Assembly: GCA_903872185.1 (NCBI GenBank)
Contig: CAIQJL010000264.1
Span: 64,038-128,037 of the forward strand
DNA length: 64,000 nt
Reading direction: 5' to 3'
From: an uncultured Bacteroidota bacterium
Lineage (GTDB): Bacteria; Bacteroidota; Bacteroidia; Bacteroidales; GWA2-32-17
Part shown: piece after piece, positions 26,733-36,048 of the stretch
How the letters are laid out: the number at the start of each line of letters is the position of its first letter
Numbering within the stretch: the stretch's first letter is position 1
Notes under the pieces: generated by a model
Seen by the model: the letters and a program-made list of their open reading frames with translations, nothing else
Databases searched by the model: none
Told to the model about the DNA's origin: nothing
Program-made: the position numbers and the translations under genes

Positions 26733-26846
26733 AAATTAGCAATTATTTTTTGTAATACTAAATCTACAATGCTAGTTCGAGTTCAATCGAGAACTACTGG
26801 AATTACTCTCGCCATTGTATAAGTTTTATCCAATAATTTTTTATTA

Positions 26847-27011
26847 TTATTCTATAATTATTTTCCCTTTGCCAATTTCTTTACCAGAACTTAACACCTT
26901 ATACAAATAAATTCCACTTTCTAAATCATCACTTGAAAACTTAAATGTATTTGAATTTATATTATCTATATAGTTAATGTTCTTTAACAGAATATTCGTA
27001 TTTTTATTTCT
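26847..27011 (-). pseudogene. remnant of a T9SS type A C-terminal sorting domain (3' end of a decayed secreted-protein gene)
   Basis: Own translation of the minus strand: (R)NKNTNILLKNINYIDNINSNTFKFSSDDLESGIYLYKVLSSGKEIGKGKIIIE*. This is a typical Por_Secre_tail ending. The frame is closed by TGA immediately upstream and has no start codon. Confidence 0.6.
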
Positions 27012-27044
27012 TCATTTCAAAGATAAAAGTTAAATCAAAATTAG

Positions 27045-28121
27045 ATGAAAACCAAAGTATTATTTATATTAACAGTATTTATATTACTAAACTTTGCAGG
27101 GTACTCTCAAATAGTATTATCAGAAATCGACTTACCTGTTGCTGGCGATATTCAAATAAGTTCAAAAATTGATAGTATTGAAGGAATAAATATTTTACCA
27201 GGAGATTCGGGAGCAAACAAAACATGGTTTTTTGATTCGTATAATTTATGGGGAGGTACATTAGAATCATCAGCCGATTCGGTTAGATGGGTAACTGCAG
27301 ATTCATTATTAGTATTTCCATTAGCAAATATTGCATTAAAATCAAATTGTTATTTATGGCACGATATGGTTTCTCACACTTTAAAAGAAAAATGTTTCAG
27401 AGATTATTACATAAAAGATTCAACAGGATTAAACTATTATGCTTCAAGCTATCCCAATGCCAATTACCTTCCAGATTACCGCAATATTTTTCCAGTAATT
27501 CAATATGGACAATCAAAGATTGATCATTCAAGAATTGTAATTCATAAAACTATCGACTCAGTTTATGTAACTAATGTTATAGATTCAACAAAAGCAGATG
27601 CCTGGGGAGAAGTAATAACCTTAATAGGCAATTACAATACAATAAGATTTCATACAAAAGAAACTGTATGGGATAGTTTATATATAAACGGTGTTGGGCA
27701 ACAATTAAACTACATGCCTAATAATTACTATTACAAATGGTATACTAACGATCTCGGTTTTCCTGTAATGCAAATTAATAAAGGTATTTTAGAAAAACAA
27801 TATAATTATCAGATTGTAAAATTTGCAGTAAATAAAAGAAATGAAATTGGAATAAAAGAAATTATAAATTCAGGTACAAACATTAAAATATTACCGAATC
27901 CTTTTAATAACGAAGCAACAATAATTCTCAATAATCAGCTTTTTGAAAATAATTTAACAATGAATATTTATGATATCACAGGCAGAGATATTAAAGAAAT
28001 AAAAAACATCTCGAACGAGAATAATATAATTAATAGAAATAAAATCCCGGCAGGCATGTATACATTTAAAATCACTAACAATAAAGAGTTTATTGGAACC
28101 GGAAAATTTATTGTTCTATAA
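27045..28121 (+). CDS. secreted protein of unknown function with T9SS type A C-terminal sorting domain
   Basis: 358 aa. Signal peptide. C-terminus IKILPNPFNNEATIIL...MNIYDITGRDI...IPAGMYTFKITNN...GKFIVL. Confidence 0.75.
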   Translation: MKTKVLFILTVFILLNFAGYSQIVLSEIDLPVAGDIQISSKIDSIEGINILPGDSGANKTWFFDSYNLWGGTLESSADSVRWVTADSLLVFPLANIALKSNCYLWHDMVSHTLKEKCFRDYYIKDSTGLNYYASSYPNANYLPDYRNIFPVIQYGQSKIDHSRIVIHKTIDSVYVTNVIDSTKADAWGEVITLIGNYNTIRFHTKETVWDSLYINGVGQQLNYMPNNYYYKWYTNDLGFPVMQINKGILEKQYNYQIVKFAVNKRNEIGIKEIINSGTNIKILPNPFNNEATIILNNQLFENNLTMNIYDITGRDIKEIKNISNENNIINRNKIPAGMYTFKITNNKEFIGTGKFIVL

Positions 28122-28183
28122 TTTAATAAAAATCTCGGCAGGATATTTGAAAAAAGTATTAAATTCGTTAAAAATATAATCAT

Positions 28184-28909
28184 ATGAAAAAGTTAGCATT
28201 GATTCTAGTCTCAGCTTTAATTTTAGCAAATACAATTCAAACTAGTGCTCAGATTTTAACGGGAGCACAAAATCTTTTAAACCAAGCTACCGGCGGAAGT
28301 AGTTATACCGAAAAAGAAGCTGCCGATGGAATTAAAGAAGCGCTTACAAACGGAACTACAAATGCAGCAAAAGTAGTTTCAATAAAGGATGGATATTTTA
28401 AAAGTCCAGAAATAAAAATCCCATTTCCTCAGGATGTAAAAGTTATAGAGACTAAGCTAAGAGCAATTGGATTGGGCAAAAAAGTTGATGAAGCAATTTT
28501 ATCAATTAACAGAGCTGCCGAAGATGCTGGCAAAGAAGCAACACCAATTTTTGTTACAGCTGTTAAAGCAATGACTATTACAGATGCTATAAATATTGTA
28601 AAAGGCGAAAACGATGCTGCAACAAAATATCTTAAACAAAGCTCATCAACTGAGTTAAACACAAAATTCAAACCTGTCATAAAAACTTCATTAGATAAAG
28701 TAGGTGCAACAAAATACTGGACAGAAATTATTACTGCATATAATAAAATACCAAAGGTAAAAAAGCTTAACCCCGATTTAGCTCAATATGTAACTGGGAA
28801 AGCTATTGATGGGTTATTTGTTATGGTTGCAAAAGAAGAATTAAAAATAAGAAAAGATCCTGCTGCTCAAGTGTCTGCTTTACTTAAAAAGATATTTGGG
28901 AAGCCGTAG
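28184..28909 (+). CDS. DUF4197-family exported protein
   Basis: 241 aa. Signal peptide; DGIKEAL...KDGYF...IKIPFP...NRAAEDAGKEATPIFV...KYW...YVTGKAIDGLF pattern recalled from DUF4197. Confidence 0.7.
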   Translation: MKKLALILVSALILANTIQTSAQILTGAQNLLNQATGGSSYTEKEAADGIKEALTNGTTNAAKVVSIKDGYFKSPEIKIPFPQDVKVIETKLRAIGLGKKVDEAILSINRAAEDAGKEATPIFVTAVKAMTITDAINIVKGENDAATKYLKQSSSTELNTKFKPVIKTSLDKVGATKYWTEIITAYNKIPKVKKLNPDLAQYVTGKAIDGLFVMVAKEELKIRKDPAAQVSALLKKIFGKP

Positions 28910-28937
28910 AAACATTCTGAATAATACATACATACCA

Positions 28938-29062
28938 GATTCTTCGTCCGCCGCGGCGGATGAAGCATCTATTCTAGAATATTAGATCCATTTTATGCAA
29001 GAATCTGTTTATACAGCCACAATACTTAAAAGGAGATGGCTGGTCATGCCCGCCATGACTAA
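28938..29062. repeat. bipartite GC-rich palindromic intergenic repeat, copy 2 (GATTCTTCGTCCGCCGCGGCGGATGAAGCAT...~80 nt...GTCATGCCCGCCATGAC)
   Basis: 28942..28965 is a 24-nt near-perfect palindrome around CCGCCGCGGCGG. 29043..29059 is a GTCATG/CATGAC hairpin. It lies between convergent genes. Confidence 0.45.
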
Positions 29063-29070
29063 CATAAATG

Positions 29071-29913
29071 CTAATTAAACTTTTTAGTCTTTTTAGAAAC
29101 CGCTGATGCAATAAAAAATCCCATAACATCCTTCTCTTTGTTAGTAACATTAAATATATTCCCTTTTACATTTGAAGGAGGACCAGAGAAAGGATTTCCG
29201 GCACCAAATATCTCGCTAAACAAGGCACTGACAAATGTGTAATACTCTTTACTAATAGATCTCATTTCAAGAGTAACAGAATCACCGGGAACAATATCTT
29301 TCATTGAATAAATTGGAAATCCGGTCATATAATTTCCATTTACCATTTCATCTGATGCAAATGTTATATTTCTAATAGAATCGGTCATTATTTTCCCATT
29401 AACATAATAATTCCACATGTAATATTCACCAATAGTTGCAGGCTCTTGAGCCCATAAATTAACCATTGTACTATTTGGTTTATTAAAATCAGGAGCAAAA
29501 GATATTGAATCAATTGGTGTAACATATTTCAATATTGAGCTTGCTGTATAATCCTCATTTTTATATCTTATGTTTAAGGTATAAGTTTTTCCAATTTCTC
29601 CTTTATAGGTACTATCAGTTTGATAAATTCCTGGACTTGTTTCATTAAGGCTAACGACATATACACCATCGCTAATCGAAACAATTGCACCGGAAACTTT
29701 AGGTTGTGCATCGCTTGAAAAATAATTACTTGTTTCAGATATTTTTACTGTATGCCTTATAGCTTCATCTGTTACACCGCCATCAACAACTAGCCTAACA
29801 TATGTATCTTTTAGTTTTATATCAATTTTTTCTTTGCAAGCACCTATTGAAAACATAATAATTATTACAAAGAGAATAAATGGGGTTTTAATATTATTAT
29901 TTAATCTTTTCAT
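29071..29913 (-). CDS. DUF4249-like lipoprotein (partner of the upstream TonB-dependent receptor)
   Basis: 280 aa. Lipobox SIGAC. Its size and position directly downstream of a CarboxypepD_reg-type receptor are typical. Confidence 0.62.
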   Translation of the reverse strand: MKRLNNNIKTPFILFVIIIMFSIGACKEKIDIKLKDTYVRLVVDGGVTDEAIRHTVKISETSNYFSSDAQPKVSGAIVSISDGVYVVSLNETSPGIYQTDSTYKGEIGKTYTLNIRYKNEDYTASSILKYVTPIDSISFAPDFNKPNSTMVNLWAQEPATIGEYYMWNYYVNGKIMTDSIRNITFASDEMVNGNYMTGFPIYSMKDIVPGDSVTLEMRSISKEYYTFVSALFSEIFGAGNPFSGPPSNVKGNIFNVTNKEKDVMGFFIASAVSKKTKKFN

Positions 29914-29925
29914 ATTTGCTATTTG

Positions 29926-32283
29926 TTAAAAATGAAAATTATAAGTTACTGATGGAAGTATTGGAAACAAATAATATTTATATGCCTGAATTGCATTTGG
30001 ATCGTTTTGTTCTGATTCAAAACTTATCATCCATGGGTTTTTTCTGTTATATGCATTATAAACAGAAATATTTAATTCACTAAAAAACTTTTTATCTGCT
30101 CGGTCTTTTCCAAGTTTAATTGTTGCACCAACATCTAACCTGTGATACGAAGGCATTCTATATGAATTTCTTTCAGAATACACTGGAACTATTACGTTGC
30201 CGTATTCAAATCTACCTGTGGGAAATGTTACAGCAGCACCAGAGGCATAAACCCAATTCATAGAAAGACTTACCTTTTTACTAATATCATAACTTAACAC
30301 AATTGATAAATTATGTGGCTTATCATAGCTTGCTGGATATTCTAGCCCATCATTAATTTCATTTATTTTTCTAAATGCACGTGCCCAAGTATAACTAATC
30401 CATCCTGTAAATTTACCTTCCTGTTTTCTTACCATAAATTCAACTCCATAAGATTTTGCTTTTCCAAATCGCAACTCACCTTCTATTTGCTGGTTTAATA
30501 ACAATTGAGCATGATCTTTAAAATCAATTTCATTATTAACTATTTTGTAATATGTTTCAATAGAAGCCTCAAGTGTATTATGCCTGAAATTTCTAAAATA
30601 ACCAATAGCACCCATATCAGCCATTCTTGGTTTTATATTTTTACCCGAGGGCAACCAAATATCTAACGGCATTCCACCAGTAGAATTTGAAGCAAGATGT
30701 ATATATTGTTTTGTTCTTGAATATGATGATTTAATTGAAGAATACTCATTTAATGAATACTTAATTCCTAATCTTGGTTCTAATCCTGAAAATGTATTAT
30801 AAAAATCCCCTTTACCATAAACAGTAGAGTCAATTGCATCATGATTATTATCAAAATTATACACTGTTGATTTTCCTATACTCTGAAAAACAGAATATCT
30901 TAATCCATAATTTACTGTTATAATTGCATTAATTTTTTGCTCGTTACTTGCAAATATTGCACTTTCCAATGCATTAGAGGTAAACATCTTTAATTCATTA
31001 AAAACACTACCCTCACCTGTCCCCTTGGCATAACCAGGATTAAAGTGATGGTACGTTGTTATAATTCCAAATTTAATTGTATTATTTGGATTTAAATAAT
31101 ATGTAAAATCAGGTTTAATACTATAATCCTGCATTGTTGCTGCCCACTTAAATCCCTGCATTGAAGAATTTGACTCTAATGCATAATCATAATTACTAAA
31201 AAGAAAAGTAACATTTGAAAATAATTTACTGGAATACAAATGATTCCATCTAACAGTTTCTGTATTATTACCCCAGTTTATTCCAAATTCCTTTCTGAGT
31301 TTTAATACATCACGACCAAAATAACTCGAAAAATATAATCGATTTTTGTCATTAATTGTATAGTTAATCTTCATATTTAAATCATAAAAATACAATCTTG
31401 TTTCTCTTAAATTTGTATCTCTTGCGAGTTTCAAAAGCAAATCAGCATAAGAGCGCCTACCCGATATCATAAAAGAACATTTATCTTTGATTATCGGTCC
31501 TTCAAGAGTTAATCTACTAGAGATTGTTCCTATTCCACCTGCTCCTGAGAATTTTTTAATATTCCCATCTTTCATCCTAATATCAAGCAATGAAGATAAC
31601 CTTCCACCATATTCAGCCGGAATATCTCCTTTATATAATTTCACATCTTTTACTGCATCATTATTAAAAATAGAGAAAAACCCCATTAAATGTGAAGCGT
31701 TATAAACTGTAGCTTCATCAAGCAAAATTAAATTTTGATCTGATCCACCTCCCCTAACATTAAACCCTGACATTCCTTCGCCTGAAGCCTGAACACCTGG
31801 TAACATCTGTATAGCTTTAATAACATCAACTTCACCCATCAATGCAGGAATAGATTTAATTGTTTTTGCATCAATTTTAACAACAGACATTTCAGCCTTT
31901 GAAATATTTTCATCTTTCTTTCTATCTGATACAACAACTTCATTTATTAGAATCTGAGTAGTTTCAAGCTCTACATTATTTACAATGTCATTTTTTAAAT
32001 CTACTGCTTTTGATACCGAATTATATCCTATATAAGAATAACCTATTGTATATTTTCCATCAGGAATACTAATAGAATAATAGCCATAAACATTTGTAAT
32101 AGTTCCAGTATTTAATTCCTTAATATAAACAGTAACACCAATAAGCATTTCGCCATTACTTTTATCTTTAATATGCCCGCTTATACTATGTCTAGGTATG
32201 TTATTAATATTTTCACTATAGGTAATATTATTAAACACAAAGAAAAATATAATAATTAAAGTGATTTTAAATTGATTCTTCAT
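29926..32283 (-). CDS. TonB-dependent receptor with N-terminal carboxypeptidase-regulatory-like domain
   Basis: The track ORF extends to 32340. ATG at 32283 gives MKNQFKITLIIIFFFVF... with a signal peptide. ISGHIKDKSNGEMLIGVTVY (CarboxypepD_reg), plug region (IDAKTIKSIPALMGEVDVIKAIQMLPGV) and C-terminal ...SVTYNFHF. Confidence 0.88.
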   Translation of the reverse strand: MKNQFKITLIIIFFFVFNNITYSENINNIPRHSISGHIKDKSNGEMLIGVTVYIKELNTGTITNVYGYYSISIPDGKYTIGYSYIGYNSVSKAVDLKNDIVNNVELETTQILINEVVVSDRKKDENISKAEMSVVKIDAKTIKSIPALMGEVDVIKAIQMLPGVQASGEGMSGFNVRGGGSDQNLILLDEATVYNASHLMGFFSIFNNDAVKDVKLYKGDIPAEYGGRLSSLLDIRMKDGNIKKFSGAGGIGTISSRLTLEGPIIKDKCSFMISGRRSYADLLLKLARDTNLRETRLYFYDLNMKINYTINDKNRLYFSSYFGRDVLKLRKEFGINWGNNTETVRWNHLYSSKLFSNVTFLFSNYDYALESNSSMQGFKWAATMQDYSIKPDFTYYLNPNNTIKFGIITTYHHFNPGYAKGTGEGSVFNELKMFTSNALESAIFASNEQKINAIITVNYGLRYSVFQSIGKSTVYNFDNNHDAIDSTVYGKGDFYNTFSGLEPRLGIKYSLNEYSSIKSSYSRTKQYIHLASNSTGGMPLDIWLPSGKNIKPRMADMGAIGYFRNFRHNTLEASIETYYKIVNNEIDFKDHAQLLLNQQIEGELRFGKAKSYGVEFMVRKQEGKFTGWISYTWARAFRKINEINDGLEYPASYDKPHNLSIVLSYDISKKVSLSMNWVYASGAAVTFPTGRFEYGNVIVPVYSERNSYRMPSYHRLDVGATIKLGKDRADKKFFSELNISVYNAYNRKNPWMISFESEQNDPNAIQAYKYYLFPILPSVTYNFHF

Positions 32284-32437
32284 TAAGCCAAATTTTTTAA
32301 AATTCAAATTAAAGACAAAGTCTTTTATTAATAGTTGCATTTTAGTTACAAATTTAGTTTTATGATTTTATTATAAATATGATAAATCGATAAACCAAAG
32401 AAATTTTACGATAAGTTAACTAAAATAAGATTTAAAA

Positions 32438-34858
32438 TTATTTTATTGATTTATTTTTCAAAGCCTTATTAGCTTGTAAAGATGAAATAAGAGTAACAAA
32501 TCCAACAACAGTAATAGAACTTAGAGGCATTAATATAGCTGCAACTATAGGAGATAACAACCCCATAACTGCATAATATAAACCCACAGAATTATAAGCA
32601 AATGAAAAAGCAAAACTGGCTTGAATTATCTTTCTGGTAGTTTTACTAAACGAAATAAAAATGGCTAAATCATCAAATGATTCTGCTTTTAAAATGGCAT
32701 CACAAGCAGGAGAAAAATGGTAAATATCATCAGCAATTGAAATTCCGATATTACTCTGCATCAATGCTCCCGCATCATTTAACCCATCACCTATCATTAA
32801 AACCTTTTTACCACTTTGTTGTAAAGATTTAATATAGTTCAGCTTATCATCAGGACTTTTATTAAAGTGCAAATTATTATCAAAATATTTTTTAAGTAAA
32901 TCATTGTCCTTAATAGTATCACCTGAAATTAAATGTAATTCGTACCCTTTATTTTTAAGTATTGTTAAAACATTTTCAAGACTATTTCGCAATTTAGTAT
33001 TTAAAATAAATTTACCGTAATAGGCTCCATCAATTGAAACATGAACATTAGTTTCAAATTCATTTACATTAATTTCATTAACCGTTACAAAAACAGCTGA
33101 ACCAATTTTAAATAGCTTTCCATTTACTTTCCCTTCAATTCCCTTACCTGTAATTTCGCTAAACTCACTTGCATCTTCAAAATTTTCAAAGGAATAATTC
33201 TGTGTTAAATATTTAAAAACCGACTGACTTAATGGGTGTGTTGAATGACGAGCCAAAGAAGCTATTTCAAGCATTTCGAGATTAGAAAGCGTAATTTCAG
33301 ATTTAAAAACAATATCGTGCACATCTGATTGTGTAATTGTTCCGGTCTTATCAAAAACAATAGTCTCAATATCATATAATCTTTCTAAAACTTCATTGTT
33401 TTTTAAATATAGTCCTTTGTTTCCAAATACTCTCATTACATTACTGTATGTGAATGGCAATGAAAGAGCAAGTGCACATGGACAAGCTACAATTAAAACT
33501 GAAGTAAAAGCTTTAATAATCATTGAACTATCAACGAAAAACCAAACTACTGCTGTAACAAATCCAATAATTAATACAACAAGAGTAAATCTTTTACTTA
33601 TTACATCAATCAACTTAGTTAATGAACTATTTCCTCTACTTGAGTTTATACCTTGCTCCTGGTTCCATAATTGCGTTAATCTGCTTTGCTGAGTTGAAGT
33701 TTTAACAAGCAGTTCAATTGTACTGCCAATTTGTTTGCCACCAGCATAAACAAATTCACCTTTTACTTTGTTAACAGGAACAGACTCACCTGTCACAAAA
33801 CTATAATCAATATTAGCATAAGGACTAATTAATATTGAATCGGCAGGAATTAGCTCTTGGTTTCTTATTCTAATAATATCACCTTCTGCCAAATCGTGTA
33901 ATTGAACTGAAATCTCTTTCCCTTCATTGAGTTTTGTTACAGCAACTGGAAAATATGAACGATAATTTCTGTTAAAAGATAATGCCTGATATGTTTTAGC
34001 CTGATACCACTTTCCCACTAAAAGAAAAAACACAAGTCCACAAAGTGAATCCATGTATCCTGAGCCAATTTTTGTTAGTATTTCATATGCACTCTCGGCA
34101 AAAATTGCAATTAATCCAATTGCTATGGGAAAATCAATATTTAAAATTCCTTTACGAATATTTTTCCAGGCAGAAATAATATAATCACTCCCACTATAAA
34201 AAAATACAGGAATAGCTAACAATAAATTTAATATTCCAAAAAATGATTTATAAGAAAAATCTATTGTTTCTGAACCTGGAATATACTCAGGAAAACTAAA
34301 CAACATTGTATTTCCAAAAGCAAACCCAGCTATTCCTATTTTATATAGAAGTTGTTTATTTCCCTTTTGATTTTTTCTTTTCTCAACACTTTCAAGTGTA
34401 ATGTTAGGAATATAATGTATTGAAACCAATAATTCAACTACTTGTCTTAAACTAATTTCATCTGAGTTAAATGTTATAGTAACTTCCTTCTTTACAAAAT
34501 GAACTAGTGAATGCGTAATGCCAGCATTAAGTTTCGATAAATTCTCTAACAACCAAATACATGAGCTACAATGTATTCCCGGAATAAATAAAGTTACTTT
34601 CTTTAGATTTTTTTCCGAAAACTCATATAATTTTTCTTGTACCTCCTCTAAATCAAGATAAGAGAATTTATTATGGTAATTATCAGAAGTTAGTTTTATT
34701 CCAGGATGCGATTCAAAATTATAGTAATCGTAAAGCTTATGTTTATTTAAAATTTGATAAACAGTTTTACAACCATCGCAACAAAAATTCTTTTCATTCC
34801 ATATTATAGGATGCTTTCCGCAACTGTCACCACAATGTATGCAACTTACTTTTTCCAT
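32438..34858 (-). CDS. ccoI: heavy-metal (copper) P1B-type ATPase, CcoI/FixI-type
   Basis: 806 aa. N-terminal Cys-rich CIHCGDSC...CCDGC, HMA-like GIHCSSC, CPC motif (VACPCAL), DKTGT, GDGLND. It sits at the distal end of the cco cluster. Confidence 0.85.
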   Translation of the reverse strand: MEKVSCIHCGDSCGKHPIIWNEKNFCCDGCKTVYQILNKHKLYDYYNFESHPGIKLTSDNYHNKFSYLDLEEVQEKLYEFSEKNLKKVTLFIPGIHCSSCIWLLENLSKLNAGITHSLVHFVKKEVTITFNSDEISLRQVVELLVSIHYIPNITLESVEKRKNQKGNKQLLYKIGIAGFAFGNTMLFSFPEYIPGSETIDFSYKSFFGILNLLLAIPVFFYSGSDYIISAWKNIRKGILNIDFPIAIGLIAIFAESAYEILTKIGSGYMDSLCGLVFFLLVGKWYQAKTYQALSFNRNYRSYFPVAVTKLNEGKEISVQLHDLAEGDIIRIRNQELIPADSILISPYANIDYSFVTGESVPVNKVKGEFVYAGGKQIGSTIELLVKTSTQQSRLTQLWNQEQGINSSRGNSSLTKLIDVISKRFTLVVLIIGFVTAVVWFFVDSSMIIKAFTSVLIVACPCALALSLPFTYSNVMRVFGNKGLYLKNNEVLERLYDIETIVFDKTGTITQSDVHDIVFKSEITLSNLEMLEIASLARHSTHPLSQSVFKYLTQNYSFENFEDASEFSEITGKGIEGKVNGKLFKIGSAVFVTVNEINVNEFETNVHVSIDGAYYGKFILNTKLRNSLENVLTILKNKGYELHLISGDTIKDNDLLKKYFDNNLHFNKSPDDKLNYIKSLQQSGKKVLMIGDGLNDAGALMQSNIGISIADDIYHFSPACDAILKAESFDDLAIFISFSKTTRKIIQASFAFSFAYNSVGLYYAVMGLLSPIVAAILMPLSSITVVGFVTLISSLQANKALKNKSIK

Positions 34859-34868
34859 CTAACATCAG

Positions 34869-35588
34869 TTAGTGACAGCATGAATGTTTTGCATTACATG
34901 TTTCAGTGTAAGGTGTTAATACCTTATCAACAGGACTAATATATTTTATTCCTAAATTTAGCCCTCTTAGAATAAAAAGTAATCCTATTAAAATAACAAC
35001 AAACGGAATTAATTTTGTAAACACTCTTCTTATTGCAATTCCCAATGAATTTCCAATAATAGAAATTGCAATTAACATTGGACTAGTTGCTAGTCCAAAA
35101 GCAATCATTGCTATCATTCCTGTAATGCTATCATTTGAAGTTATTGCAAGTGCTACTGCCGTATAAACTAAACCACAAGGCAAAAGCCCATTTAATAAGC
35201 CTATTGAGAACAAAGACAGATATGAACTTATTGCAAACTTTTTACTCAAACTATTCTGAATTTTTGAAATAATCGAGAAACTTTTAGCCTTAAATCTATT
35301 TCTAAAAAATAATGGAAAAAGAACAGTTAATATCATTATAACACCAGTAACAACAGACACTATCTGCTGAAATCCAGCCATCTGAAAACCTTTACCAATT
35401 AATCCAAAAAGCAACCCTAACAATGCATAAGTAATTGTTCTTCCAAAATTATAAAAAAGAGTACTTAATACACTTGATAACCAATTACTGTTTTTTAATG
35501 GCAGTGCTAAGGCAATTGGACCACACATTCCTGCACAATGAAAACTGCCAAGAAAACCAAGTGTTAAAGCAGAAATAATTATTACCAT
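34869..35588 (-). CDS. membrane protein with HCxxMCGP motif (DsbD_2/TauE-like), cco-cluster associated
   Basis: 239 aa, about six TM segments. GSFHCAGMCGPIA at the N-terminus and a Cys-rich C-terminus CNAKHSCCH. Confidence 0.6.
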   Translation of the reverse strand: MVIIISALTLGFLGSFHCAGMCGPIALALPLKNSNWLSSVLSTLFYNFGRTITYALLGLLFGLIGKGFQMAGFQQIVSVVTGVIMILTVLFPLFFRNRFKAKSFSIISKIQNSLSKKFAISSYLSLFSIGLLNGLLPCGLVYTAVALAITSNDSITGMIAMIAFGLATSPMLIAISIIGNSLGIAIRRVFTKLIPFVVILIGLLFILRGLNLGIKYISPVDKVLTPYTETCNAKHSCCH

Positions 35589-36037
35589 TATAAATTAATA
35601 TTAAATTCCTGATAATAACTAATAGTATCAGATGTCCAATCTATTTTAATCTGATATCGCTTTTCAGAAAAATTTGAAATACTGAATTTTTGAATATTGT
35701 TAGTATCAGGTTCAATTTTAAATAATAAATCTTTATTTGTTTTTGAAGGACAATAAAATTGCACATTTCCTTTTATAGTATGAGATTTAAATGCTTTAGG
35801 AAATGTAATTATTACGAAATCTTTAGATTGAAATAAAGTTATTTTTTCAAGTAGTTGATTTGTGTTTTTTTGTTTTTGAATTTCCTTTTCGTAATTAAGT
35901 TCTTTATGATAATAATCTTTTGTGATTACGTCATCTTCAATGCCTAAACTTAAGATTATTCTTAAAATTATAGTTCCAAAAAATAGCATTAAAACTATAA
36001 AAATTCCCCACCCCCAATTAAATTTAGTTTTAACCAT
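35588..36037 (-). CDS. FixH-like protein
   Basis: 149 aa, a single N-terminal TM segment plus a soluble domain. It sits between ccoG and the TauE-like gene, and its stop overlaps the next start by 1 nt. Confidence 0.6.
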   Translation of the reverse strand: MVKTKFNWGWGIFIVLMLFFGTIILRIILSLGIEDDVITKDYYHKELNYEKEIQKQKNTNQLLEKITLFQSKDFVIITFPKAFKSHTIKGNVQFYCPSKTNKDLLFKIEPDTNNIQKFSISNFSEKRYQIKIDWTSDTISYYQEFNINL

Positions 36038-36048
36038 TTAACAAGTTG

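Noticed and set aside
26771-26797. GCTAGTTCGAGTTCAATCGAGAACTAC, which superficially resembles a tRNA T-arm (GTTCGAGT).
   Set aside because: No acceptor stem, D-arm or anticodon arm can be folded around it. The stem is only about 5 bp with mismatches.
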